Below, piece after piece: positions 6,095 to 14,528 of a DNA stretch of 32,000 nucleotides (positions are counted from its first letter, which is position 1; every line of letters begins with the position of its first letter). Origin of the DNA: Candidatus Saccharimonadota bacterium (GTDB lineage: Archaea > Nanobdellota > Nanobdellia > Pacearchaeales > GW2011-AR1); assembly GCA_026002795.1 (NCBI GenBank), contig BPGA01000001.1, forward strand, positions 330,001-362,000. Direction: 5' to 3'. The translations under genes were made by a program, and so were the position numbers. Under the pieces are notes generated by a model that ran no database searches, had not been told where the DNA came from, and saw nothing but the letters and a program-made list of their open reading frames with translations.

Positions 6095-7327
6095 ATGGAA
6101 ATTATTGCTGACTTGCAAATTCATTCAAGATATTCACGAGCAACATCGAAAGACATTTCTATAGAAAATCTTGAGAAATATGCTAGAATTAAGGGTTTAG
6201 ATTTGCTAGGGACAGGAGATTTTCAGCACCCTTTATGGAAAAAAGAGATTGATGAAAAACTTATTGAAGATGAAAACGGAATTTTAAGAACTGAAACAGG
6301 ATTTCCTTTTTTGTGGCAGACAGAAGTTAGTTTAATTTACTCTCAAGACGGAAAAAGAAGAGCAGTACATCTTCTTGTTTTTTCTCCAAATAGAGAAACA
6401 TCTGAAAAAATTATAAAATATCTTTCAACAAAAGGCAGAGTTGATTATGATGGAAGGCCTATTTTTAATATAAACTCTAGAGATTTTGTTAAAGAGCTTA
6501 AAACCATTAATGATGAAATCGAAATTATTCCAGCGCATTGTATGACTCCTTGGTTTGGTTTATTTGGAAGTAAATCTGGGTTTAATTCAATAGAAGAGTG
6601 TTTTAAAGACCAGGCCGATAAAATACATGCAATAGAATCAGGAATGAGTGCAGATCCAGAGATGTTATGGAGACTTAAAGAGGTCGCTTCAGGAAAAATC
6701 AATATTGTAAGTTTTTCTGATGCACATAGTTTTTGGCCATGGAGAATTGGAAGAGAAGCAACAATTTTTGAATTTTCTGAAAATAAAATATCTTATTCTT
6801 CAATAATTAAAGCAATAAGAACAGGCAAAGGATTAAAAGCTACAATAGAAACACCTCCAGAATATGGAAAATATCATTGGGACGGACATAGGTTTTGTAA
6901 ATTTTCTTCTGATCCTAAAAAAACAAAACAACTTAAAGGAATTTGTCCTGTTTGCGGAAAATCTTTAACAATAGGTGTTGAATCTCGTTTAGAAGAAATT
7001 TCATACAAAGAAAAAGGATTTAAACCAGAAAATTCAAAGGAGTTTTATAAAATTCTTCCTCTTCATGAATTAATTTCTCTTTTTTATAAAATTCCTTTGG
7101 GAGGAAAAATTTCATGGGAAAAATATAACTTATTAATAAAAGAATTTGGAAACGAATTTAATATACTCCTTAAAGCATCAAAAGAAGAACTAATTAAAAA
7201 AATTGACATTAAGTTTGCCGATTTAATTATAAAAAATAGAAAAGGAAAAATAAAAGTTATTCCAGGTTATGATGGAGAATATGGAAAAGCAGTTTTAGAA
7301 GAAGAACAATCAAAACTATCTTTTTAA
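6095..7327 (+). CDS. endoQ: PHP-domain endonuclease, EndoQ-like
   Basis: N-terminal PHP motif ADLQIHSRYSRATS, LLGTGDFQHP, a Zn-binding CPVCGKSLTIGV, and C-terminal PGYDGEYG. Size is about 410 aa, as for EndoQ. The ATG at 6095 is preferred over the TTG at 6092. Confidence 0.65.
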   Translation: MEIIADLQIHSRYSRATSKDISIENLEKYARIKGLDLLGTGDFQHPLWKKEIDEKLIEDENGILRTETGFPFLWQTEVSLIYSQDGKRRAVHLLVFSPNRETSEKIIKYLSTKGRVDYDGRPIFNINSRDFVKELKTINDEIEIIPAHCMTPWFGLFGSKSGFNSIEECFKDQADKIHAIESGMSADPEMLWRLKEVASGKINIVSFSDAHSFWPWRIGREATIFEFSENKISYSSIIKAIRTGKGLKATIETPPEYGKYHWDGHRFCKFSSDPKKTKQLKGICPVCGKSLTIGVESRLEEISYKEKGFKPENSKEFYKILPLHELISLFYKIPLGGKISWEKYNLLIKEFGNEFNILLKASKEELIKKIDIKFADLIIKNRKGKIKVIPGYDGEYGKAVLEEEQSKLSF

Positions 7328-7340
7328 ATTAAAAAATAAC

Positions 7341-8504
7341 CTAACAAATTTCGAAATATTCTACTTTTTTTAGAGTTTCTCTAATCAATTTCTTCATTTT
7401 TAGTTTATTGAAAACATACTTAATTTCAGATAGTTTTACAGACGTTGAAGGCTTTTTAGAAACAACACTGCAACAATCTTTATACTTTTTAATGCTTTCT
7501 TCATAAGTACCTATTTTTTTTGAGAGATCAATTATTTCTTGTTTGTCATAACATAGTAAAGGCCTTAAAACAGGAATTTCTATTTTATAGTTTGTAGCAA
7601 CAATATTATCAAGTGTTTGACTTGCAACTTGTGAAAGACTATCTCCCGTTCCAATCGCTTTATATTTTTTCTTTAAAGCAATTTCTTGAGCGACAAGCAA
7701 CATAAAACTTTTAAAAGCAACAAGCTCTAACCTTTGTTGTATTTTATTTAGTGTTGCTAGTTCATAAGGATAATAAGGAGCTAAAAATATTCTAGATTTG
7801 AACTGATATTTATTTAATTTTTCTATAATTTTTCTTATTTTTGTTTTTAGGACCTCTCTATTATCTTTAAACACATGAAAATGTAAAAAATCAACCCTAT
7901 GACCTCTTTTCATAAATAACCAAGAAGCTAGTGCTGAATCTATACCGCCAGAAAGAAGTACTAGAATTTTTCCTCCTGAAGAAATAGGCAATCCACCGGG
8001 CCCCTCAATTTTCTTTCTATAAAAATATGCCTTTTTAGAAGTTATTTCTAAAAAAAATTTATTTTCAGAACTAAAATCCACTTTAATATTTTTTTTAAAG
8101 GCTTCTTCTCCTATTTTTTTACTTAATTCTAAAGAAGTTAAAGGGAATTTTTTATAAGATCTTTTTACAGAAGGAGATATTGTTTTAAGATTTTCTTTCT
8201 TCATTTTATTTAAGATTTTTTTAATTTTCTTAATTATCTCTTTCATTTCAAGATTAGAATCTTCAGCAAAAGCAAAATATTTTATTCCAAAAACATTTGA
8301 TAAGCAATTTTGAATTTTCGAAATTTCTTTTTTATTTTTTGTATTTAAAGAACAAATTAACCTAGAATCTTCTTTTTTTATAGAATAAAAACTAATTCCT
8401 TCTCTTTTCAAAGACTTTCTAATATTCTCAATCAATTTATTTTCAAAAAAACCCCTATTTTTTCCCTTTAAGAATATTTCAGAATAATGAATAACAACCT
8501 TCAT
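7341..8504 (-). CDS. thiI: tRNA 4-thiouridine synthase ThiI (THUMP plus PP-loop, no rhodanese domain)
   Basis: N-terminus HYSEIFLKGKNRGFFENKL; PP-loop LLSGGIDSALASW; length 387 aa. Confidence 0.85.
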   Translation of the reverse strand: MKVVIHYSEIFLKGKNRGFFENKLIENIRKSLKREGISFYSIKKEDSRLICSLNTKNKKEISKIQNCLSNVFGIKYFAFAEDSNLEMKEIIKKIKKILNKMKKENLKTISPSVKRSYKKFPLTSLELSKKIGEEAFKKNIKVDFSSENKFFLEITSKKAYFYRKKIEGPGGLPISSGGKILVLLSGGIDSALASWLFMKRGHRVDFLHFHVFKDNREVLKTKIRKIIEKLNKYQFKSRIFLAPYYPYELATLNKIQQRLELVAFKSFMLLVAQEIALKKKYKAIGTGDSLSQVASQTLDNIVATNYKIEIPVLRPLLCYDKQEIIDLSKKIGTYEESIKKYKDCCSVVSKKPSTSVKLSEIKYVFNKLKMKKLIRETLKKVEYFEIC

Positions 8505-8553
8505 TTTAAAATTTAAATTAAAAATAAATAGTAGTTATTTAAATATATGTCAC

Positions 8554-8562
8554 TTTATATAA
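8554..8562 (+). promoter_or_regulatory. TATA box (TTTATATAA) for tRNA-Arg
   Basis: Starts 29 nt upstream of tRNA position +1 (8583). Confidence 0.5.
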
Positions 8563-8582
8563 TTTACGCAAAAAAACCTAGA

Positions 8583-8654
8583 GCCTCCATAGTTCAACGG
8601 ATAGAACGCAACCTTGCGGAGGTTGAAATCGAGGTTCGAATCCTCGTGGAGGCA
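8583..8654 (+). tRNA. tRNA-Arg (anticodon GCG)
   Basis: Hand-folded cloverleaf. Acceptor GCCTCCA/TGGAGGC, D arm GTTC-AACGGATA-GAAC, anticodon arm CAACC-TTGCGGA-GGTTG, T arm CGAGG-TTCGAAT-CCTCG, discriminator A. No intron and no encoded CCA. Confidence 0.9.
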
Positions 8655-8656
8655 TT

Positions 8657-9085
8657 TTAATCAAGAGTAAGACCCTCTAAATACTCTTTAAGTTTTGGAT
8701 GTAATGATGTAGTAAAATATTTGTTTAGTTCTTTAGGAGAGACCCATTTTACTTCTGAAAAATCTTCATTTGGCTTTAGTTTTCCTCCAACAACCTCACA
8801 CAAAAAATAAATTGCAAGAAGATCTCTTTTTTCAGGATATGTTTTGGCAAATATAACTCCTAAACTTTCAACGTCTAAATTTGTTTCTTCTTTTACTTCT
8901 CTTTTTATTGCTTCTTCAAGCTCTTCACCAAATTCAGGCCTTCCTCCTGGAAAAGCCCAAGTCAAACCCTTAATATCTTTTTCATCTTTTCTTTTTCCTA
9001 TCAAAATTTTTCTAGTTTTAGAATCAAATATAATTCCTAAAACAATAGGATAATAAACCCCTCTTTTCATTTGAACTTCTATCAT
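8657..9085 (-). CDS. Nudix hydrolase
   Basis: Nudix box GGRPEFGEELEEAIKREVKEETNL (Gx5Ex7REUxEExGU). Confidence 0.85.
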   Translation of the reverse strand: MIEVQMKRGVYYPIVLGIIFDSKTRKILIGKRKDEKDIKGLTWAFPGGRPEFGEELEEAIKREVKEETNLDVESLGVIFAKTYPEKRDLLAIYFLCEVVGGKLKPNEDFSEVKWVSPKELNKYFTTSLHPKLKEYLEGLTLD

Positions 9086-9162
9086 ATAAAAACCTAATGT
9101 AAATCTTTTTTAAATTTTATGAAAATTTGTATCTAGTTTAAAGGAAAAACACAAGAAAAAAT

Positions 9163-9870
9163 TTACTTCTTCAAAATGTTAAATTCTAGATCAAACTCTT
9201 TTGCTTTTTTCTCAATTTCATTCAAAACTTTGTCTATTCTTTGATTAGCTTCTTTTAATTCAACTTGTTCAAGCTTTATTAAATATCTTCCTCCTGCAAT
9301 ATACTTTATCTGAAAGTCTTTAAAATTTAAAAGAATATTTTTTATTATTTCTAAACCATCTCCTCTTTTTGATCTTAATAAAAATTCTTTTGAAACGACA
9401 AAGACTCTTTTTTTATTTTGTTTTTTTATAATCGAAAGTATTTTTTCTGAATTTTCTTTTCCAACAATTTTTTCAAGCTCTTCTGGATTTTCTAAACTTT
9501 TCTTAATAAAATCAGATAACTTTCCTGTTGATTTTATTTTTTCAATAATTTCAGCAGCTTTTTCTTTGAGAATTCCTTTAAAAGCACCCTCATAACCTTT
9601 TTCTTCCTTATAATTCTGTAAAACTTTTTTTCTTTCTTCTTGCGTGACTCTTCTTAATGAAAGATCAATTCTATCACCCATAATTCTTAAGACCTTACAA
9701 ACAATCTTTTTTTTAGGAACAACATAATCTCTAATGTTTCTTATCCTTCCAGGAGCTATTTCACTAAATATTATTGATCCTTCCCCATTTCCTTCAATAT
9801 TTACAAATACTGTTGTTCCTACAATTCTATCAACAGTGCACAAAACAACATCTCCTTCTTCTAATTCCAT
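9163..9870 (-). CDS. eif2a: Translation initiation factor aIF2 alpha subunit
   Basis: S1 domain EEGDVVLCTVDRIVGTTVFVNI, plus RNIRDYV and KVLRI...IDLSLRRVTQEERKK, which match conserved aIF2-alpha blocks. At 235 aa it is somewhat short. Confidence 0.8.
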   Translation of the reverse strand: MELEEGDVVLCTVDRIVGTTVFVNIEGNGEGSIIFSEIAPGRIRNIRDYVVPKKKIVCKVLRIMGDRIDLSLRRVTQEERKKVLQNYKEEKGYEGAFKGILKEKAAEIIEKIKSTGKLSDFIKKSLENPEELEKIVGKENSEKILSIIKKQNKKRVFVVSKEFLLRSKRGDGLEIIKNILLNFKDFQIKYIAGGRYLIKLEQVELKEANQRIDKVLNEIEKKAKEFDLEFNILKK

Positions 9871-10169
9871 AAACTAATAGAAAAACCCTAATTTAAAAAT
9901 CTGTTGGATCTTTTAGAAATTAATTTAGTTTAAGGTTGACTAACATATCTTTTTTAAGCCAACTACTCTAACAAAATTAACAATAGGCGATTAATTGTTT
10001 TTTGAGGCACTTTATTTTTTTAGATCCACATTTTGTAAGGAGTTAAAAAATAGCATTTAAGTCTTAAATTGGATTTCTGATACAAAATATAAAATAAGAA
10101 ACAACAGAGATCTATCAAGATTATACTGAACTTAGTTTTAATAACAAAATAAATCTCAAACTAATAAAA

Positions 10170-11495
10170 CTATAATCTTACTATTTCTAATTCACAGTAT
10201 TTAATCAGCTTATTTAAAAAATCAGATTCTTTATCTTTAGAAATTATACATCCAGCAGCATTTTCATGGCCCCCAACCTCTCCACCAATCTCTTTTACAA
10301 CACTTTCTAATAATTCTCTTACGTTTCTTCCGTTTTTTCCTACAACTCTTCCAGAAACTTTAATTTTTTCTTCTGAATGAGCTAAGGTTATGATTAGTGT
10401 TCCCTCTTCATACTCACCCGAATTAGATAATATTGTTGCTACAGTTCCTATTATAGTGTCAGGGATTTTGTTTTTTGCATTTATTATTAAGTATTTATCA
10501 CCCAAAATTTTTTCTGATTTTTCTAAAAACTCAAGCGCAGAAATTAAACTTTTTTTATATTTTGCATAAATTTCTTCTGCCTCTTTTTTTGCTTCTTGAA
10601 TTTCCATGCAAAATTTTATTGCAGTAGAAACATATCCAAGTCTAGAACAAGCGTTTATTATAGCACTTATTTCTCTTGCATCTTCTAACTTATTAAAAAA
10701 TTTAACTAAAAAAATATCGCCTACAAGTTCCTTATTTATTTTTGGGTTTCTTAAGATTATTGCTGAAACGAGTTTTTTCATTTCGTTTTCATCTAACTCT
10801 ACTATACTTTTATACTTGCCATTTACTGGCTCTAGGCCAGCCTCTCTTAAAAGCTCTTTAACTCCTTCTGGATTTCCAGTTACTTTAGGTATGTATGGAT
10901 TAGAACAAAATTCAAGAACTTTATTTATCGGCCTTGTTGCAGGATACATCATAATTCCTTTTATTTTTTTGACAGAGGCCGAGTCACTTAAAATATAATC
11001 AACTTCTTTATCTAATAAATCTCCAATCATTCCAATTATAGCCAACTTTTCACTACTATCTATTTCAGGCAATATTTCTTTAAAAAAAAGGTATGTTAGT
11101 CCAGAAGAACTAATTTTTTCTTTTTTATGAAGCCATGGGTTTATAATTTTGACATTAGAAGGAATCTCTTGAGAGATTTCATGATGGTCTATTATATAAA
11201 CATCTTTAAAATTTCTTTCTTTAATGTAATTTAAACTTCCAGATGCTAAATCTAAAAAAAGAATTACTTTGTCTTTAGGAATAAGATCAAAAAAATCTTC
11301 TTTTAGATATTTAACTATCTTTAAGTTAAATTTTATATCTAATGCTTTTAATGCTTTTGAAGCTATTGTAGCAGAAGTAATTCCGTCAGCATCAAAATGA
11401 CTTACTAAAAAAACCTCTTTTCCTTTGGAATTTTCTAAAAAATCTTTTGATATCCTCTTTAAATCCTCTTTTAAGCTTAAACTTAATTCTTTCAT
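10170..11495 (-). CDS. DHH/DHHA1 phosphoesterase, archaeal RecJ/Cdc45 (GAN)-like
   Basis: DHH motifs HFDADGITS, FLDLASG, IIDHHE and MIGDLLD, plus the DHHA1 motif GGHENAAG. Confidence 0.75.
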   Translation of the reverse strand: MKELSLSLKEDLKRISKDFLENSKGKEVFLVSHFDADGITSATIASKALKALDIKFNLKIVKYLKEDFFDLIPKDKVILFLDLASGSLNYIKERNFKDVYIIDHHEISQEIPSNVKIINPWLHKKEKISSSGLTYLFFKEILPEIDSSEKLAIIGMIGDLLDKEVDYILSDSASVKKIKGIMMYPATRPINKVLEFCSNPYIPKVTGNPEGVKELLREAGLEPVNGKYKSIVELDENEMKKLVSAIILRNPKINKELVGDIFLVKFFNKLEDAREISAIINACSRLGYVSTAIKFCMEIQEAKKEAEEIYAKYKKSLISALEFLEKSEKILGDKYLIINAKNKIPDTIIGTVATILSNSGEYEEGTLIITLAHSEEKIKVSGRVVGKNGRNVRELLESVVKEIGGEVGGHENAAGCIISKDKESDFLNKLIKYCELEIVRL

Positions 11496-11498
11496 AAT

Positions 11499-11852
11499 TT
11501 AAATTAACCCATGATATTTTTTTAATTTTCTTATTTGAGATAAAATTCTTTCTCTTTCTCTCATTGCCCTTTTATCTTGTTTGTTTTTTTCCCAGTGTTT
11601 GCTTATTCTTTCAAGCTTTTCCTCTAAATTTTTGATTTCTGGAATTATATACATATTTTTTTCTTTAAGAATTTTAGATATTTTTTTATTGTATTCTTTT
11701 GGATGTATTCCTTCTTTTCTTAAATTTTCTCCTATTTTTTCAGCAGTTAAACCAGTTTTTGCAAGTTCAATAACTTTTTTTTCAAATTCTTCTTGAGAAA
11801 TTTTTTTCTTTGATTCTTCTTTTGTTTTTTCTTGTTTTTGTTTTTTTGGCAT
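11499..11852 (-). CDS. rps15: 30S ribosomal protein S15 (uS15)
   Basis: ELAKTGLTAEKIGENLRKEGIHP and C-terminal HWEKNKQDKRAMRERERILSQIRKLKKYH match the archaeal S15 pattern. Confidence 0.85.
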   Translation of the reverse strand: MPKKQKQEKTKEESKKKISQEEFEKKVIELAKTGLTAEKIGENLRKEGIHPKEYNKKISKILKEKNMYIIPEIKNLEEKLERISKHWEKNKQDKRAMRERERILSQIRKLKKYHGLI

Positions 11853-11944
11853 GTATTCTAATTGAAAATTTAATTTTTAAATGTTACCCAACTTTCAAAA
11901 AAATTTAAGGAAAGTATTTTAAATATAGAGTTATTTTTAAATAA

Positions 11945-12736
11945 ATGAAGAAAATCATAGGTATAATAAGCCTAAAAGGAGGTGTTGGGAAGACAACAAG
12001 CGTTATTTCTTTAGGATCAGCACTTTCAGAATTTGACAAAAAAGTTTTGTTGATCGACGGAAATCTTTCCTCTCCAACACTTGGACTGCATCTTAACCTA
12101 ATTAATCCAGATATAACACTTCACCATGTTTTAGAAGATAAAGTGCATATAAAAGACGCTATTTATCAATACGACAAACTTCATTTAATTCCATCATCTA
12201 TCTTTCATAAGTCAAATGTAAATCCATTAAAGTTAAAAAATAAGATATATCCTTTAAAAAAAAATTATGATGTAATAATTATTGATTCTTCTCCTTCATT
12301 GAATGAAGAAACTTTATCTGTTATGTTAGCTTCAGATAGCCTTGTCGTTGTTACAACACCAGACCATGCAACTTTAGCACCAACATTAAAGGCAATTAAG
12401 CTAGCAAAACAAAGAGGTACAAAAATTTCAGGAATAATAATAAATAAAGTCCATGATAAGAAATTTGAAATACCACCCCAAAAAATTGAAGAAACACTTG
12501 GCGTTCCTGTTCTTGCAGTAATTCCTTATGATAAACACTTTTTAAAAGCTTTATCAAAAAGAATCCCTTATACCTACCATAAACCAAACTCAAGAGCATC
12601 TAAAGAGTATAAAAAATTAGCAGCCACGCTTATTGGAGGTAAGTATATGACGTTTGATTTAAGAGATTTTTTAAGACTTACACCAAGAATTGAAGAGATA
12701 AATAGAGAGCTTTACTATAAAGGATTTTTTGACTGA
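11945..12736 (+). CDS. MinD/ParA-family P-loop ATPase
   Basis: Deviant Walker A IISLKGGVGKTTS, Walker B-like VIIIDSSP, length 263 aa. Confidence 0.8.
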   Translation: MKKIIGIISLKGGVGKTTSVISLGSALSEFDKKVLLIDGNLSSPTLGLHLNLINPDITLHHVLEDKVHIKDAIYQYDKLHLIPSSIFHKSNVNPLKLKNKIYPLKKNYDVIIIDSSPSLNEETLSVMLASDSLVVVTTPDHATLAPTLKAIKLAKQRGTKISGIIINKVHDKKFEIPPQKIEETLGVPVLAVIPYDKHFLKALSKRIPYTYHKPNSRASKEYKKLAATLIGGKYMTFDLRDFLRLTPRIEEINRELYYKGFFD

Positions 12737-12762
12737 AAATTTTTGAATTTCTTGATAAATTG

Positions 12763-13329
12763 TTATTTAACTTCAAAACAATGTATCACACTTCCAAATT
12801 TTTCTCTTAGAATTTCATATATTGAAATGTAAGGAATATGAATTGATGTTTTAAAAGCTTCTTTTGTTTCTCCTCCGACAGATATATTCACTGTTTTATT
12901 TCTTAAATCTTTATAATCTAAAAAAATTATATCACTTATTTCTTTTTCTAGTATACTAGATTCTAATGGAAAAGGAGTGCAAGTTCCCCAACACATTCCT
13001 CTAGGAACTTTTTTTGGATTTATCCAGTATCTTTCTGCCTTTCCTTTTGAGATTCCTAAAATAGAAGGAAAAATATCTTTAGGAGATACAAGCTTTTTAA
13101 ATTCAGGTGTAATAACCCCAACATACGGATCATCATTTTTACAAAAGTACAATGCTTTTACAATCTGTGTTATATCCCATTCTAAAAATTCTGGATTTTC
13201 TTCTTTTAAAAGAGAAAGTTTTTCTTCACAGGAAATTGTTGGTTTTGTATGGTAAATTATTCTTAAATCTATACTTTTTTTCTTCGCTATTTCAAAAACA
13301 TAATCTTGCTCAGGATGTAAACTGTACAT
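12763..13329 (-). CDS. YbaK/ProX-like aminoacyl-tRNA deacylase domain protein (tentative)
   Basis: Loose pattern match only: IVKALYF...YVGVITPEFKKLVSPKDI...RGMCWGTCTPFP...VNISVGG resembles the YbaK K-x-L ... G-x-x-x-P-F ... S-x-G blocks. Confidence 0.4.
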   Translation of the reverse strand: MYSLHPEQDYVFEIAKKKSIDLRIIYHTKPTISCEEKLSLLKEENPEFLEWDITQIVKALYFCKNDDPYVGVITPEFKKLVSPKDIFPSILGISKGKAERYWINPKKVPRGMCWGTCTPFPLESSILEKEISDIIFLDYKDLRNKTVNISVGGETKEAFKTSIHIPYISIYEILREKFGSVIHCFEVK

Positions 13330-13362
13330 TTTTCTCTATATGTTAATTTTGTCTGAAGAGCA

Positions 13363-13435
13363 TAGCCCTGCCAGGATTCGAACCTGGGTCACAAGGACCA
13401 AAACCTTGTATTCTTGACCGCTGAACTACAGGGCT
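13363..13435 (-). tRNA. tRNA-Gln (anticodon TTG)
   Basis: The reverse complement folds as a cloverleaf. Acceptor AGCCCTG/CAGGGCT (A1:U72), D arm GTTC-AGCGGTCAA-GAAT, anticodon arm CAAGG-TTTTGGT-CCTTG, T arm CCAGG-TTCGAAT-CCTGG, discriminator A. No CCA. Confidence 0.9.
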
Positions 13436-13495
13436 AACCTTAAAAAATAGAAAAAGAATAATTTATAAGCATTTCTAAAAATTCTTCAAATTGTC

Positions 13496-14128
13496 TTAGT
13501 ATTGTTGTTTATACCTACCTCTTTTTTCTACTTTTTTAAGTTGTTCGATAACTTTTTCATAATTTACTGATTTAGAATACCCCTTTAAAAATTCTTCAAA
13601 TAGGGCTTTCCATTGTCTAAAATGTTTTGCCTCTAGAGCTTCTTTTAAAAGATGTAAATCAACTGCTTTATCTTCTATTCTAGAACTTATAAAACCTAGA
13701 CCAAAATCAATAAAAAAAACATTTTCATTAAAAAGAATCATGTTACTAGTTGTTAAGTCTCCATGAACAATGTTATGATCGTGAAGTTTTGCAACGCTTT
13801 CTCCAATCTTTCTAAAAATCTTTTTTTGTTTTTCAAGTTTAAAAGAATCAAGAACTTCTGAAAGTTTTTTTCCTTTGATAAAGTCCATATGTATTTCTTT
13901 TTTTTCAAAATCAACTTTCTTTATTTTAGGAACTTGAACAACTAAAGAAGCTTTCTGAAAAAGTTTTGATTCTGATTTTGTTCTAGATTTTCTTATTTTT
14001 TCATCTATTTCTTTAATTCTATAGCTTTTTTTTACTCTTTTTTTTATTATAGTTTTATTTTTTAAAATTATTAAAGCCTCTGCTCCTTGATAAAGAATTT
14101 TTTGTTTTGTCTCTTTCATTTTTTCCAA
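13496..14128 (-). CDS. bud32: KEOPS complex kinase Bud32 (Kae1-associated kinase)
   Basis: LYQGAEALI..., catalytic HNIVHGDLTTSNMIL, FFIDFGLGFIS, and EDKAVDLHLL. Small RIO-like kinase of 210 aa. Confidence 0.85.
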   Translation of the reverse strand: MEKMKETKQKILYQGAEALIILKNKTIIKKRVKKSYRIKEIDEKIRKSRTKSESKLFQKASLVVQVPKIKKVDFEKKEIHMDFIKGKKLSEVLDSFKLEKQKKIFRKIGESVAKLHDHNIVHGDLTTSNMILFNENVFFIDFGLGFISSRIEDKAVDLHLLKEALEAKHFRQWKALFEEFLKGYSKSVNYEKVIEQLKKVEKRGRYKQQY

Positions 14129-14520
14129 TTAAAAATAACAATCAAAAAAGCAATAACCATACTAAAATCAACAATTAAACAGTATATACAATAAGCTTTT
14201 AGTATAAATTTTTGTATGTATAAGAAATATAAAGAGATTAAAAATCCAGTAACAACAGCAACATTAATAAAAACTCGTTTTTCTTTTGTGTGTTTTTTAA
14301 TCTGTAAAAAAGTCATTAAAATCAAAAAAGAAAAAATAAAAATGCCATAATAGCTATTTTGAATACCTAAAGTATAATTATATGAAGAATTGTGAACTAT
14401 ATCACACCCAACACCAGGCCTGCATATCTCTGAATTTGGAACTATTGAAAGGATTAGAGAACTTATCAAAGAAATAACAAATAAAAATAATAAAATAATG
14501 TATTTAGATTTGCCTTTCAT
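14116..14520 (-). CDS. Vitamin K epoxide reductase (VKOR)-family membrane thiol oxidoreductase
   Basis: About 4 TM segments. Loop Cys pair CRPGVGC followed by VHNSSYNYTLGIQNSYYG, and an intramembrane CxxC (AYCIYCLIV). Overlaps the bud32 start by 13 nt. Confidence 0.6.
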   Translation of the reverse strand: MKGKSKYIILLFLFVISLISSLILSIVPNSEICRPGVGCDIVHNSSYNYTLGIQNSYYGIFIFSFLILMTFLQIKKHTKEKRVFINVAVVTGFLISLYFLYIQKFILKAYCIYCLIVDFSMVIAFLIVIFNWKK

Positions 14521-14528
14521 AAATTAAT

